Numbered from the stretch's first letter, positions 1-10,075 are shown. The stretch: DNA of 64,000 nt from an uncultured Lichenihabitans sp. (GCA_964243035.1 CAXTDZ010000003.1:14436-78435), one strand, 5' to 3'. The notes: generated by a model from the sequence alone, not told the origin. Numbers and translations are program-made.

Positions 1-764
1 GACGGGGCCGGCACGAACCCCGCCGGCCGCCACCCGTCGCGCGGGACGCGGTAGGCCAGGGCGCCGCAGACCATGAACACGGCGTAGACCGCGGCCAGCG
101 TCAGGAAGGTCTCGGCGACCCCCACGGAAGCCGGGCCTTTGAAATGGTTCATCAGGATCTGGGCGAGCGGCGAGCCGATCAGCGCGCCGCCCCCGAAACC
201 CATGATGGCCATGCCGGTCGCCATGCCACGCCGGTCGGGGAACCACTTGATCAGGGTCGAGACCGGGGAAATGTAGCCCAGGCCGAGCCCGACGCCGCCG
301 ATCACGCCCGACCCGAGCCACATCAGCCAGAGCTGGTGGCTCGCCACGCCCAGCGCCGACAGCGCCAGCCCGCCGCACCAGCACAGGGCCGCGACGAGCC
401 CGGTCTTGCGCGGGCCGGCCCGCTCCAGCCAGCTCCCGAAGAGCGCGGTCGCGCCCCCGAGCGCGACGAAGAACAGGGTGAAGATCCAGCCCACGTCGGA
501 CACGCGCCAGTCGCAGGTGGTGGTCACCAGCGCGGAGGCCAGCGTCATGTCGGGGCAGGCCTGCGACTGCGTGATGCCGATCGCGCGCGTGAGGGGCAGC
601 CAGAACACGCTGAACCCGTAGGCCATGCCGATGCACAGGTGGATGGCCAGCGCCGCGGGCGGCAGCAGCCAGCGGTTGTAGCCCGGCCCGGCGACGATGC
701 GCTCGCGGTCGAAGAACCCGGCGGCGGGGGCGGTCGGCACCCGTGATCCGGCAGCGATGTCCAT
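1..764 (-). CDS. MFS transporter, oxalate/formate antiporter (OFA) family; N-terminal part only, gene runs off the left edge
   Basis: Absent from the ORF track because there is no stop inside the window. Manual reverse-strand translation from ATG 764-762 gives MDIAAGSRVPTAPAAGFFDRERIVAGPGYNRWLLPPAALAIHLCIGMAYGFSVFWLPL...GLGYISPVSTLIKWFPDRRGMATGMAIMGFGGGALIGSPL. It shows repeated hydrophobic helices, a WFPDRRG loop and G/C-rich third positions. Confidence 0.7.
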   Translation of the reverse strand, partial: MDIAAGSRVPTAPAAGFFDRERIVAGPGYNRWLLPPAALAIHLCIGMAYGFSVFWLPLTRAIGITQSQACPDMTLASALVTTTCDWRVSDVGWIFTLFFVALGGATALFGSWLERAGPRKTGLVAALCWCGGLALSALGVASHQLWLMWLGSGVIGGVGLGLGYISPVSTLIKWFPDRRGMATGMAIMGFGGGALIGSPLAQILMNHFKGPASVGVAETFLTLAAVYAVFMVCGALAYRVPRDGWRPAGFVPAP

Positions 765-826
765 GGGCGTTTCCCTTTTGATTATCGTTGGTTGTTGATC
801 GTGCGCGGCGGGCCGCGTTTGGCGGC

Positions 827-3670
827 CTACTCGGCCGCCTCCAGTCTGGATGCGATCCGGGTCAGGGCTTCGTCCTCCTCGTAGAAGCGGGCCTGCCAGT
901 CGGAGGGCCGGTTGGTCTTGCGGACCTGCACGGCCGTGACCTTGTATTCCGGGCAGTTGGTGGCCCAGTCCGAGTAGTCGGTGGTGATGACGTTGGCGCC
1001 CGTCTTGGCGTGGTGGAAGGTCGTGTAGACCACCCCGGGCTGCATGCGCTCGCTGATCTCGGCCTTGAGCGCGATGTCGCCCGACCGGCTGATCAGCGCC
1101 ACGAGGTCGCCGTCTCGAACGCCGCGCTGCTCCGCGTCGAAGGGGTGGATCTCGAGCACGTCCTCGGCGTGCCACAGCGAGTTCGCGGTCCGCCGCGTTT
1201 GCGCGCCGACGTTGTACTGGCTGAGGATGCGCCCCGTGGTGAGGATGAGCGGGAACTTCGGCCCCGTGCGCTCCTCGGTGGCCACGAACTCGGTGATCAT
1301 GAAGTGGCCGCGGCCGTTCACGAAGCGGTCGACGTGCATCATGGGCGTGCCGTTGGGTGCCATCTCGTTGCAGGGCCACTGCACGGAGCCGAGCCGGTCG
1401 AGCGTGGCGTAGCTGACCCCCGCGAAGGTCGGCGTGAGCCGGGCGATCTCGTCCATGATCTCGCTCGGGTGCGCATAACTCATGGGGTAGCCGAGCGCGT
1501 TGGAGAGCGCCATCGTGGCCTCCCAGTCGCCCAGGCCCGCCATGGGCGGCATCACCTTGCGGACGCGGTTGATGCGCCGCTCGGCGTTGGTGAAGGTCCC
1601 GTCCTTCTCCAGGAAGGAGGCGCCGGGCAGGAAGACGTGCGCGTATTTGGCGGTCTCGTTCAGGAACAGGTCCTGGATGACGATGCACTCCATCCCCAGG
1701 AGGCCCGCGGTGACGTGGTTGGTGTCGGGGTCGGACTGGGCGATGTCCTCGCCCTGGATGTAGAGGCCCTTGAAGCCGCCCTCGACCGCCTCGTCCAGCA
1801 TGTTGGTGATGCGCAGGCCCGGCGCGCTGTCGAGCTCCACGCCCCACAGGCTCGCGAACAGCTCGCGGGTCGCGTCGTCGCTGACGTGCCGGTAGCCCGG
1901 CAGCTCGTGGGGGAAGGAGCCCATGTCGCAGGAGCCCTGGACGTTGTTCTGCCCGCGCAGGGGGTTCACGCCCACGCCGGGGCGGCCGATGTTGCCGGTC
2001 GCCATGGCGAGGTTGGCCATGCCCATGACCATGGTGGAGCCTTGGGAGTGCTCGGTCACGCCCAGGCCGTAGAAGATGGCGGCGTTGCCGCCCGTGGCGT
2101 AGAGCCGGGCCGCGGCGCGCACGTCCGAGCCCGGGACGCCCGTGACGGCCTCGACCGCCTCGGGGGCGTGCCGCCCGTCGGCGATGAAGCGCGCCCAGGA
2201 CTCGAAGGCGTCCAGGTCGCAGCGCTCGCGCACGTAGGACTCGTCGACCAGGCCCTCGGTCACCACCACGTGGGCGAGCGCGTTGATCATCGCCACGTTG
2301 GAGCCGGGCTTCAGCGGCAGGTGGTGGTCGGCCTCGACGTGCGGCGAGCGCACGAGGTCGATCCTGCGCGGGTCGGCGACGATCAACCTGGCGCCGGCGC
2401 GGATGCGCTTCTTCATGCGCGAGGCGAACACGGGGTGGCCGTCGGTCGGGTTGGCGCCGATCACCAGGATCACGTCGGCGTGGTCCACGGAGGCGAAGTC
2501 CTGCGTGCCCGCCGACGTGCCCACCGTCACCTTGAGCCCGTAGCCCGTGGGCGAGTGGCACACGCGGGCGCAGGTGTCGACGTTGTTGTTGCCGAAGGCC
2601 GCGCGGACGAGCTTCTGGACGAGGTAGGTTTCCTCGTTGGTGCAGCGCGAGGACGTGATGCCGCCCACCGCGTCGCGGCCGTAGGTGGCCTGGATGCGCT
2701 TGAGTTCGGAGGCCGCGTGCTCGATGGCCTCGCCCCAGGTCACCTCCCGCCACGGGTCGGTGATCTTCGCGCGGATCATCGGGGTGGTGATGCGGTCCTT
2801 GTGGGTCGCGTAGCCGTAGGCGAAGCGGCCCTTGACGCAGGAATGGCCCGCGTTGGCCTTGCCGTCCTTGTAGGGCACCATGCGCACCACCGTGCTGCCC
2901 TGCATCTCGGCCTTGAACGAGCAGCCGACGCCGCAGTAGGCGCAGGTCGTCACCACGGAGTGCTCCGGCGCGCCAAGCGCGATCACGGACTTCTCGTTCA
3001 GCGTCGCGGTGGGGCAGGCTTGCACGCACGCGCCGCAGGACACGCACTCGGAGGAGAAGAAGTCGGTGCCCCCGGGCGACACGCGCGAGTCGAAGCCGCG
3101 GCCCGCGATCGTCAGCGCGAAGGTGCCCTGCACCTCCTCGCAGGCCCGGACGCACCGGTTGCAGACGATGCACTTGGACGACTCGAAGGTGAAATACGGA
3201 TTGGAGGCGTCGGTCGGCGCTTCCAGGTGGTTCTCGCCCTTGTAGCCGTAGCGCACGTCGCGCAGGCCCACCTGGCCCACCGTGTCCTGCAGCTCGCAGT
3301 CGCCGTTGGCCGAGCAGGTGAGGCAGGTCAGCGGGTGGTCGGAGATGTAGAGCTCCGCCACGCCGCGCCTGAGCTTGGCGAGCCTGGGCGTCTGGGTCGA
3401 CACGATCATCCCGTCCTCGGCCGGCGTCGTGCAGGAGGCGGGTGTGCCGCGGCGGCCTGAGATCTCGACCAGGCACATGCGGCAGGAGCCGAACGGCTCC
3501 AGCGAGTCGGTCGCGCAGAGTTTCGGGATCTTGGTGCCCATGCTCATCGCGGCCGCCATGACGGAGGTGCCGCGCGGCACGGTGACGGGCGTGCCATCGA
3601 TCGTCAGCGTCACCGCGGAGTCCGCGACGCGGATCGGCGTGCCGGTGTCGAGTTCCTTGACCAGGGCCAT
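827..3670 (-). CDS. fdsA: NAD-dependent formate dehydrogenase, alpha (catalytic molybdopterin) subunit
   Basis: ORF 827..3913 trimmed to ATG at 3670 (MALVKELDTGTPIRV). Fe-S Cys clusters are present (CRMCLVEI, CLTCSANGDCELQ, CIVCNRCVRAC, CVSCGACVQACP, AYCGVGCSF), followed by a long molybdopterin oxidoreductase body. The upstream 81 codons overlap fdsB and look like a GC-frame extension. Confidence 0.9.
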   Translation of the reverse strand: MALVKELDTGTPIRVADSAVTLTIDGTPVTVPRGTSVMAAAMSMGTKIPKLCATDSLEPFGSCRMCLVEISGRRGTPASCTTPAEDGMIVSTQTPRLAKLRRGVAELYISDHPLTCLTCSANGDCELQDTVGQVGLRDVRYGYKGENHLEAPTDASNPYFTFESSKCIVCNRCVRACEEVQGTFALTIAGRGFDSRVSPGGTDFFSSECVSCGACVQACPTATLNEKSVIALGAPEHSVVTTCAYCGVGCSFKAEMQGSTVVRMVPYKDGKANAGHSCVKGRFAYGYATHKDRITTPMIRAKITDPWREVTWGEAIEHAASELKRIQATYGRDAVGGITSSRCTNEETYLVQKLVRAAFGNNNVDTCARVCHSPTGYGLKVTVGTSAGTQDFASVDHADVILVIGANPTDGHPVFASRMKKRIRAGARLIVADPRRIDLVRSPHVEADHHLPLKPGSNVAMINALAHVVVTEGLVDESYVRERCDLDAFESWARFIADGRHAPEAVEAVTGVPGSDVRAAARLYATGGNAAIFYGLGVTEHSQGSTMVMGMANLAMATGNIGRPGVGVNPLRGQNNVQGSCDMGSFPHELPGYRHVSDDATRELFASLWGVELDSAPGLRITNMLDEAVEGGFKGLYIQGEDIAQSDPDTNHVTAGLLGMECIVIQDLFLNETAKYAHVFLPGASFLEKDGTFTNAERRINRVRKVMPPMAGLGDWEATMALSNALGYPMSYAHPSEIMDEIARLTPTFAGVSYATLDRLGSVQWPCNEMAPNGTPMMHVDRFVNGRGHFMITEFVATEERTGPKFPLILTTGRILSQYNVGAQTRRTANSLWHAEDVLEIHPFDAEQRGVRDGDLVALISRSGDIALKAEISERMQPGVVYTTFHHAKTGANVITTDYSDWATNCPEYKVTAVQVRKTNRPSDWQARFYEEDEALTRIASRLEAAE

Positions 3671-3681
3671 GGGGAGCGTCC

Positions 3682-5247
3682 TCACTCCGCCGCCGCGAGC
3701 AGCGGCGCGGCGCGCTTGAAATCCTCGGGGAAGTGGGTCAGCGCGCTCATCACGGGCACGGGCGTGAGCCCGCCCATGGCGCAGAGCGACCCGTCGGTCA
3801 TCAGCTCGCACAGGTCTTCCACCAGCGCGAGGTTGGCCTCGACGTCCACGCCCGTCGCGATCTTGTCCAGCGTTTCCACGCCGCGGATCGAGCCGATGCG
3901 GCAGGGCGTGCACTTGCCGCAGGACTCCTGCGTGCAGAACTCGAAGGCGAAGCGCGCCTGGCGGGCGAGGTCGACGGTGTCGTCGAACACCACCACGCCC
4001 CCGTGGCCCACCAGGCCCTTGACGGCCGCGAAGGCCTCGTAGTCGAGCGGCGTGTCGAGCAGCGACTCGGGGAAGTAGGCGCCGAGCGGGCCCCCCACCT
4101 GGACGGCGCGGATCGGTCGCCCCGTGGCGGTGCCGCCGCCCCAGTGCTCGACGGCCTCGCGCAGCGTCATGCCGAAGGCGGTCTCGAACAGCCCGCCGCG
4201 CTTGATGTTGCCCGCGAGCTGGATCGCCAGCGTGCCGCGCGAGCGGCCGGTCCCGAAGCTCGCGTAGGCCTCCGCCCCGTTGGCCATGACCCAGGGCACG
4301 GTGGCGAGGCTCAGCACGTTGTTGACGACGGTCGGCTTGCCGAACAGGCCGTGGAGGGCGGGCAGCGGCGGCTTGGCGCGCACGAGGCCGCGCCGGCCTT
4401 CCAGGCTTTCGAGCAGCGAGGTTTCCTCGCCGCAGATGTAGGCGCCCGCCCCCATCCGCGCTTCCAGCGTGAAGGCGCGGCCCGAGCCCATCACCGAGGG
4501 GCCGAGGTAGCCCGCCGCGGTCGCGGCCCCGATGGCTCGGCTCACGGTGTGGAAGGCGTGGGGGTATTCGGAGCGGATATAGATGAAGCCCTTGGTGGCG
4601 CCGACCGCGAGCGCCGCGATCGTCATGCCCTCGACCAGCGAGAGCGGGTCGCCCTCCATGATCATGCGGTCCGCGTAGGTGCCGCTGTCGCCCTCGTCGG
4701 CGTTGCAGACGATGTATTTCTCACCGCCCCTGGCGAGCGCCACCGTGGTCCACTTGATGCCGGTGGGGAAGCCCGCGCCGCCGCGCCCGCGCAGCCCGGA
4801 CGCCTTGACCTCGTCGCAGATCGCGATCCCGTCCAGGGCGATGGCGCGCTCCAGGCCCTTGTAGCCGCCATGCGCGCGGTAGCTCTCGGCCGAGACGGGG
4901 TCCACCACGCCGCAGCGCGCGAAGGTCAGCCGGTTCTGCGCTTTGAGGAACGGGATGTCCTCCGGCCGGCCGAGGTGGAGGGGATGTCCGGCGCGCCCGT
5001 CCAGCAGGCCGGCGTCGAGCAGGCCGGACACGTCGCCCGGCTCGACCGGCCCGTAGGCCACGCGGTGCGCCGGCGTCTCGACCTCGACGGTGGGTTCCAG
5101 CCAGAACAGCCCGCGCGAGCCGGTGCGGACGACGCGGACGTCGCAACCGCGCGCGGAAGCCTCGCGGCGCAGCGCGGCCGCGACCGCGTCGGCGCCGACC
5201 GCGAGCGCGGCGGCGTCGGCCGGCACGTAGAGCGTGACGGCGCTCAC
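3682..5247 (-). CDS. fdsB: NAD-dependent formate dehydrogenase, beta subunit (NuoF-like, FMN/NAD binding)
   Basis: ORF 3682..5883 trimmed to GTG at 5247 (VSAVTLYVPAD), overlapping the fdsG stop as GTGA. Carries the GLRGRGGAGFPTGIKW motif and a C-terminal 4Fe-4S motif ESCGKCTPCRIG. Confidence 0.9.
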   Translation of the reverse strand: MSAVTLYVPADAAALAVGADAVAAALRREASARGCDVRVVRTGSRGLFWLEPTVEVETPAHRVAYGPVEPGDVSGLLDAGLLDGRAGHPLHLGRPEDIPFLKAQNRLTFARCGVVDPVSAESYRAHGGYKGLERAIALDGIAICDEVKASGLRGRGGAGFPTGIKWTTVALARGGEKYIVCNADEGDSGTYADRMIMEGDPLSLVEGMTIAALAVGATKGFIYIRSEYPHAFHTVSRAIGAATAAGYLGPSVMGSGRAFTLEARMGAGAYICGEETSLLESLEGRRGLVRAKPPLPALHGLFGKPTVVNNVLSLATVPWVMANGAEAYASFGTGRSRGTLAIQLAGNIKRGGLFETAFGMTLREAVEHWGGGTATGRPIRAVQVGGPLGAYFPESLLDTPLDYEAFAAVKGLVGHGGVVVFDDTVDLARQARFAFEFCTQESCGKCTPCRIGSIRGVETLDKIATGVDVEANLALVEDLCELMTDGSLCAMGGLTPVPVMSALTHFPEDFKRAAPLLAAAE

Positions 5248-5717
5248 GCGCGCACCTCGGCCAGCACGGCGTCCATCTTCGCGGCGTCCAGGCGGGCGAG
5301 CGGGTTGCCGTCCAGCAGGGCCGCCGGCGCGATGGCGCACAGCCCCAGGCAGAACACCGGCTCCAGCGTCACGGCGCCGTCCGCGGTTGTGCCGTGCCAG
5401 TCGACGCCGAGTTCCCGCTTGCAATGCGCCTGCAGCGCTTCCCCGCCCAGGGCCTGGCAGGCCTCGGCGCGGCACACCTTGAGGGTGTGGCGTCCGGGCG
5501 GGGCGCTGCGGAAGTCGTGGTAGAAGCTGACCGTGCCGAACACTTCCGCGCGCGACAGGTTGAGCGCGTCCGCGACGAGGGGCACGGCCTCGCGGTCCAC
5601 GTAGCCGAACGCGTGCTGGAGGGCGTGGAGGATGGGCAGGGTCGCGCCCTGCAGCCCTGCGTGCTCGGCCACGATGCCGCGGGCCCGGTCTACGGTCCAG
5701 GGTTCGTGCGCCACCAT
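5244..5717 (-). CDS. fdsG: NAD-dependent formate dehydrogenase, gamma subunit (NuoE-like 2Fe-2S)
   Basis: 157 aa with a CRAEACQ...CLGLC Cys pattern and the SRAEVFGTVSFYHDF motif typical of NuoE-family proteins. Translationally coupled to fdsB. Confidence 0.85.
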   Translation of the reverse strand: MVAHEPWTVDRARGIVAEHAGLQGATLPILHALQHAFGYVDREAVPLVADALNLSRAEVFGTVSFYHDFRSAPPGRHTLKVCRAEACQALGGEALQAHCKRELGVDWHGTTADGAVTLEPVFCLGLCAIAPAALLDGNPLARLDAAKMDAVLAEVRA

Positions 5718-5896
5718 GCGTCCTCCCGACCCACGCCTCGCCTCGACGGCCGATCCACGTGCCGGCCTTGGCTTTCTTGATGTTTAGAGTTGATCCGATG
5801 CGCTCCGGGCACAAGGGCGGAAGCGCGTCGGACGATAGGTCTGAACTATCATGCGGCGTCAGCCGGCCGGGTTTCCTGCGCAATCCCGCGTGCGGC

Positions 5897-6796
5897 TCAC
5901 GGCCGCAAGGGCTCGAACCTGTGCGTTTCGGCGAACAGGGCCTGGACGAGCGGCGTCATCGGGTTGCGGTCGGGCACCACGAGGCCGACGAGGTGCGAGA
6001 CTTCGGGCGCCACGAGGGGGAGCGCCGCGACGTCGTCGGGTAGGCCCATGACGTCGAGCAGCGCGGCCGGCACGATGCTGGCCCAGCGGCCGGTGCGCAC
6101 GTGGGCCAGCAGGCCCAGCACCGAATCCGTTTCGAGCCGCGGCGCGAGGTCCAGCCCCACCGAGCGGGCCACCCGATCGATGTTGCGGCGGTTCTGCATG
6201 TCGGGCGTGAGCAGGCACAGCGACGCGTGCCCGGCCTCCGCCCAGGCCACCGAGGTCGCGCCGGGCGCGACCGCGCGGCGCGCCACCACGAAGCGGTAGC
6301 GCTCGTAGTAGAGCGGCACCGACTTGACGTGGCCGGGCGCGTCCGCGTCGAGGTAGCTCACGCCCGCGTCGGCCTCGAAGCGCTCCACAAGGCGCACCAC
6401 CTCGTCCGCGGTCCGCGACACCACGGAAAAGCGGACGGCCGGGTGGCGCTGCGCGAAGGGCGTCGTAAGCGCTGGGATGGTGGGCAGCGCGGACGGGATG
6501 ACGGCCATCCGGAGGTGGCCGTTCAGCCCGTGCTTCATGGCCGAGACGTCCTGCCGCATGGCGTGGGCGTCGCCCACGATGCGGTGCGCCCAGGCCAGCA
6601 CGCGCTCGCCCTCGGGCGTGAAGCCGATGAACCGCGAGGACCGCTGCACGAGCAGCAGGCCGAGCGCGTCCTCCAATTGTTTCAGTCCCGCCGAGAGCGT
6701 CGGCTGGGTGACGCCGCAGCGCTCGGCCGCGCGCCCGAAATGCCGCTCGCTCGCGAGCGCCACCACGTATTCGAGCTTATCGATCACGGCCGCCAA
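5897..6796 (-). CDS. LysR-family transcriptional regulator
   Basis: N-terminal winged-HTH LEYVVALASERHFGRAAERCGVTQPTLSAGLKQLE followed by a LysR substrate-binding body. Lies upstream of and co-directional with fdsGBA. Confidence 0.85.
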   Translation of the reverse strand: MAAVIDKLEYVVALASERHFGRAAERCGVTQPTLSAGLKQLEDALGLLLVQRSSRFIGFTPEGERVLAWAHRIVGDAHAMRQDVSAMKHGLNGHLRMAVIPSALPTIPALTTPFAQRHPAVRFSVVSRTADEVVRLVERFEADAGVSYLDADAPGHVKSVPLYYERYRFVVARRAVAPGATSVAWAEAGHASLCLLTPDMQNRRNIDRVARSVGLDLAPRLETDSVLGLLAHVRTGRWASIVPAALLDVMGLPDDVAALPLVAPEVSHLVGLVVPDRNPMTPLVQALFAETHRFEPLRP

Positions 6797-6819
6797 GCCG
6801 TGCTACGCGCCTCCCGGCC

Positions 6820-7797
6820 ATGATCGTTTCGTCCCTGCACAGCACGGCCGCGCTCGCCTGCGCGGCGCTCGCGATCGAGGCGTTGATCGGTTATCCCGAT
6901 CCTGTGTACCGCCGTGCCGGCCACCCCGTCACCTGGATGGGCCGGCTGATCGCGATTTGCGACGCCCGGCTGAACCGCCCCGAGGCGGGGTTCGCGGCCC
7001 GGCGCGCGGCAGGTCTGGCCGCGGAAGCGCTGCTCCTCGCGGCCGTCGCGGCGCCCGCCGGCGCGCTGCAGGTCGCCCTGCACGGGTCCTGGGCGGGCTT
7101 CGCGGCTCTCGCGGTGCTGGGCGCGGCGCTCCCCGCCCAGCGCAGCCTCCACGACCACGTGGCGGCGGTCGCCTCCGCGCTCGACCGCGGGGGTCCGGCG
7201 GCCGGCCGCGAGGCGGTGTCCAGGATCGTCGGCCGCGACACGGCCGCGCTGGACGCGGCGGGCGTGGCGCGCGCGGCCCTGGAAAGCCTCGCCGAGAACT
7301 TCTCCGACGGCGTGGTAGCGCCTGCCTTGTGGATGGCGCTGGGCGGCCTGCCCGGCGCCGCGCTCTACAAGGCGGTCAACACCGCCGACAGCATGGTGGG
7401 CCACCGGACGCCGCGCCACGAGGCCTACGGCTGGGCCGCGGCGCGGCTCGACGACCTCGTCAACCTCCCCGCGTCGCGCCTGTCGGCGCTGTGGATCGCG
7501 CTCGCCTGCCTGGTCACGGGCGACGACGCCGCCGAGGCGGTCCGGGCCGCGCTGCGCGACGCGCGCCGCCACCGCTCCCCCAACGCGGGCTGGCCCGAAG
7601 CCGCGCTCGCTGGCGCGCTCGGCCTGGCGATCGGGGGCCCGCGGATCTACGGGGGCGAGCGGGCGGAGGTCGCGTTCATGGGGCGGGGCCGCGCAACCGC
7701 GACCGCGGCCGACATCCGCCGGGCGCTGCGGCTGTACCGGACGGCCTGCGCGGTGCAGGGCTTGGCGCTCGCCCTCGCGGCGGCGACGGTCCGGTGA
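6820..7797 (+). CDS. cobD: adenosylcobinamide-phosphate synthase CobD/CbiB
   Basis: 325-aa membrane protein with motifs IGYPDPVYRRAGHPVTWMG, NTADSMVGH and SPNAGWPEAA, characteristic of CobD/CbiB. Confidence 0.85.
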   Translation: MIVSSLHSTAALACAALAIEALIGYPDPVYRRAGHPVTWMGRLIAICDARLNRPEAGFAARRAAGLAAEALLLAAVAAPAGALQVALHGSWAGFAALAVLGAALPAQRSLHDHVAAVASALDRGGPAAGREAVSRIVGRDTAALDAAGVARAALESLAENFSDGVVAPALWMALGGLPGAALYKAVNTADSMVGHRTPRHEAYGWAAARLDDLVNLPASRLSALWIALACLVTGDDAAEAVRAALRDARRHRSPNAGWPEAALAGALGLAIGGPRIYGGERAEVAFMGRGRATATAADIRRALRLYRTACAVQGLALALAAATVR

Positions 7798-7802
7798 AGC
7801 GC

Positions 7803-9272
7803 TCAACGCGCCAGCGCCAGCATCCCGTCGAGGTCCGCGTGGCGCGCGAGATGCGCCGCGAAGCCGTCCAGCACGCGCTCGACCTCCGCCTCGTAGCCGA
7901 GGCCGGAGGGCTCGGCACCCAGGCGCGCGAGCCAGGCCCCGCGCTGGCCGTCGTGGCCGAACAGGCCGTGGACGTAGGCGCCCGCGACCCGGCCGTCCGC
8001 GCTGGTCGCGCCTTCCGAAACCCCGTCGGCGAGGCGGAGCAGCGGGCGGCGCCGGTCGGGCCCCTCCGTGCGGCCCACGTGCATCTCGTAGCCCGCGAAG
8101 CCGGTGCCGTCCGCGACGGAGGTGCCCGCCACGGGGCGCAGCACCTTGGGGCCGCCCAGCACGGTCTCGACGTCCAGCAGGCCCAGGCCCGGGGCCGCGC
8201 CGGGCGGCCCCTCGACGCCGTCGGGGTCGGCCAGGGTGCGGCCGAGCATCTGGTAGCCGCCGCACAGGCCCAGGACCCGGCCGCCGCGCCGCGCGTGGGC
8301 CAGGATGTCGTGGTCCCAGCCGAAGCGCCTGAGGGCCGCGAGGTCGGCCAGCGTCGCCTTGGAGCCGGGCAGCAGCACGAGGTCGGCGTCGGGCGGCAGC
8401 GGCGCCCCGTCGCGCAGCAGCACCACGTCGACGCCCCGTTCCAGGCGGAGCGGGTCGAGGTCGTCGAAGTTGCTGATGCGGGGCAGCACGGGCACCGCCA
8501 CCGTGACGCGGGCGCCGCCCACGCGCCGGGAGGGGACCGCGCGGGCCAGCGCCATCGCGTCCTCGGCCGGCAGGCGGTGCGCGTCGGGGAAATGCGGCAC
8601 AAGGCCGAGCGGCGCCCAGCCCGTGCGCGCCGCGATGAGCCGCAGACCGTCCGCGAACAGGCCCGGGTCGCCGCGGAACTTGTTGACCACGAACCCCGCG
8701 ACGGTGGCGGCGTCGGCGGGGTCCAGCACCGCGGCGGTGCCCACGAGCTGGGCGATGACGCCGCCGCGGTCGATGTCGCCAACCAGGACCACGGGCACGG
8801 AGGCCGCCCGCGCGAAGCCCATGTTGGCGATGTCGTTCGCGCGCAGGTTGACCTCGGCGGCGCTGCCCGCCCCCTCCACCACGACGAGGTCGGCCTCGGC
8901 GCGGAGGCGCGCGAAACTGTCCAGCACGGCGCCGAGCAGGCGCGGCTTCCAGTCCTGGTATTCGCGCGCCTTGGCGTTGCCCACGACGCGGCCCTGCACC
9001 ACGACCTGGGCGCCCAGCTCGCTCTGCGGCTTCAGCAGCACGGGGTTCATGTGGACGCTCGGGGGCACGCCCGCGGCGCGCGCCTGCAGCGCCTGGGCGC
9101 GGCCGATCTCGCCGCCGTCGGCGGTGACGGCCGCGTTGTTGGACATGTTCTGGGGCTTGAACGGCCGGACGCGCAGCCCGCGCCCGGCGTAGGCGCGGCA
9201 GAGCCCCGCCACGAGCAGGCTCTTGCCGACGTCCGAGCCGGTGCCCTGCACCATCAGGGCGCGCGCGGGCAA
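7803..9272 (-). CDS. cobQ: cobyric acid synthase
   Basis: ORF 7803..10007 trimmed. N-terminus [23 protein letters not shown]-terminal glutamine amidotransferase [11 protein letters not shown]...GYEMHVG. The start is either TTG 9272 or ATG 9254, both in frame. The remaining upstream part overlaps cobO and is an artefact. Confidence 0.9.
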   Translation of the reverse strand: MPARALMVQGTGSDVGKSLLVAGLCRAYAGRGLRVRPFKPQNMSNNAAVTADGGEIGRAQALQARAAGVPPSVHMNPVLLKPQSELGAQVVVQGRVVGNAKAREYQDWKPRLLGAVLDSFARLRAEADLVVVEGAGSAAEVNLRANDIANMGFARAASVPVVLVGDIDRGGVIAQLVGTAAVLDPADAATVAGFVVNKFRGDPGLFADGLRLIAARTGWAPLGLVPHFPDAHRLPAEDAMALARAVPSRRVGGARVTVAVPVLPRISNFDDLDPLRLERGVDVVLLRDGAPLPPDADLVLLPGSKATLADLAALRRFGWDHDILAHARRGGRVLGLCGGYQMLGRTLADPDGVEGPPGAAPGLGLLDVETVLGGPKVLRPVAGTSVADGTGFAGYEMHVGRTEGPDRRRPLLRLADGVSEGATSADGRVAGAYVHGLFGHDGQRGAWLARLGAEPSGLGYEAEVERVLDGFAAHLARHADLDGMLALAR

Positions 9273-9280
9273 GGGGCGCC

Positions 9281-9898
9281 TCAGAACTCGATGCCGGCCT
9301 GCGCCCTCACGCCGGCCGCGAACGGATGCTTGGCGGCCGCCATCTCGGTCACGAGGTCGGCCACGGCGACGAGCGCGGGCTTCGCGTTGCGGCCGGTCAT
9401 CACGACGTGGAGGTCGGGCCGCCGGTCGCGCAGGGCGGCCAGCACGCTTTCGAGCTCCAGATGGTCGTAGCGCAGCGCCACGTTGATCTCGTCCAGCACC
9501 AGGAGCCGCACGGCGGGGTCGGCCATCAGCTCGCGCGCCTTGGCCCAGGCCGCGGCGGCTGCGGCCACGTCGCGGGCGCGGTCCTGCGTGTCCCAGGTGA
9601 AGCCCTCGCCCATCGTGTGCCAGCGCACGCCGGGCAGCGCGCCCAGGATCCGGCGCTCGCCCGTGTCCCACGCGCCCTTGATGAACTGCACTACGCCCAC
9701 GCCCCAGCCGTGGCCGAGCGCCCGCAGCGCCAGCCCCATGGCCGCGGTGGTCTTGCCCTTGCCGGGGCCGGTGTGAACGATCAGCAGCGCTTTTTGGGCG
9801 ACGGTCTTGGAGGCGACCTCCGCGTCCTGCACGGCCTTGCGGCGGGCCATCTTGGCCCGGTGGCGCGCGTCGGGGTCGGAACGGGGTGCGTCGGTCAT
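9281..9898 (-). CDS. cobO: cob(I)yrinic acid a,c-diamide adenosyltransferase
   Basis: ORF 9281..10198 trimmed to ATG 9898 (MTDAPRSD). P-loop [23 protein letters not shown], then VVQFIKG, LVLDEIN and a [16 protein letters not shown]-terminus. Confidence 0.9.
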   Translation of the reverse strand: MTDAPRSDPDARHRAKMARRKAVQDAEVASKTVAQKALLIVHTGPGKGKTTAAMGLALRALGHGWGVGVVQFIKGAWDTGERRILGALPGVRWHTMGEGFTWDTQDRARDVAAAAAAWAKARELMADPAVRLLVLDEINVALRYDHLELESVLAALRDRRPDLHVVMTGRNAKPALVAVADLVTEMAAAKHPFAAGVRAQAGIEF

Positions 9899-10075
9899 GA
9901 GCCCGCTGGTAGCATGACCGCGGCCGAGGGGGCCACCCGGGCGCGGTCGCGCCGCACAGTGGCCTTTCCCACACGGTGGCCGGCGCATCGTGAAACCGAT
10001 GCTGCAAATTTTAACGGCCATGGGGTACTGTGCACGGCGGGACTGCAACCGCGCCGCGCCGCCTCCCGGCGCGGC
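9899..10075 (-). promoter_or_regulatory. candidate (divergent) cobalamin riboswitch in the cobO-cobQ leader
   Basis: On the minus strand, three partial matches occur in the order expected for the cobalamin riboswitch: GGGAGGCGG...GCAGTCCCGCCGTGCACAGTA (10067-10026), GCCACCGTGTGGGAAAGGC (9980-9962) and a B12-box-like GGTCATGCTACCAGCGGGC (9919-9901) directly abutting the cobO ATG. These are partial matches by eye, not a covariance-model hit. Confidence 0.3.

Noticed and set aside
788-3460. Very long ORFs antisense to or overlapping well-supported genes. Examples: 788..3460 (+), 3733..5523 (+), 6477..9470 (+), 10146..12266 (-), 15459..18029 (-), 17414..19615 (-), 19713..21215 (+), 21297..23222 (+), 40424..43234 (+), 47886..49688 (-), 52512..54176 (+).
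   Set aside because: Their products are Arg/Ala/Gly/Pro/His-rich and low in complexity, and they carry no recognisable motifs. Each lies opposite a gene with clear family signatures. Long stop-free alternative frames are expected in very GC-rich DNA.
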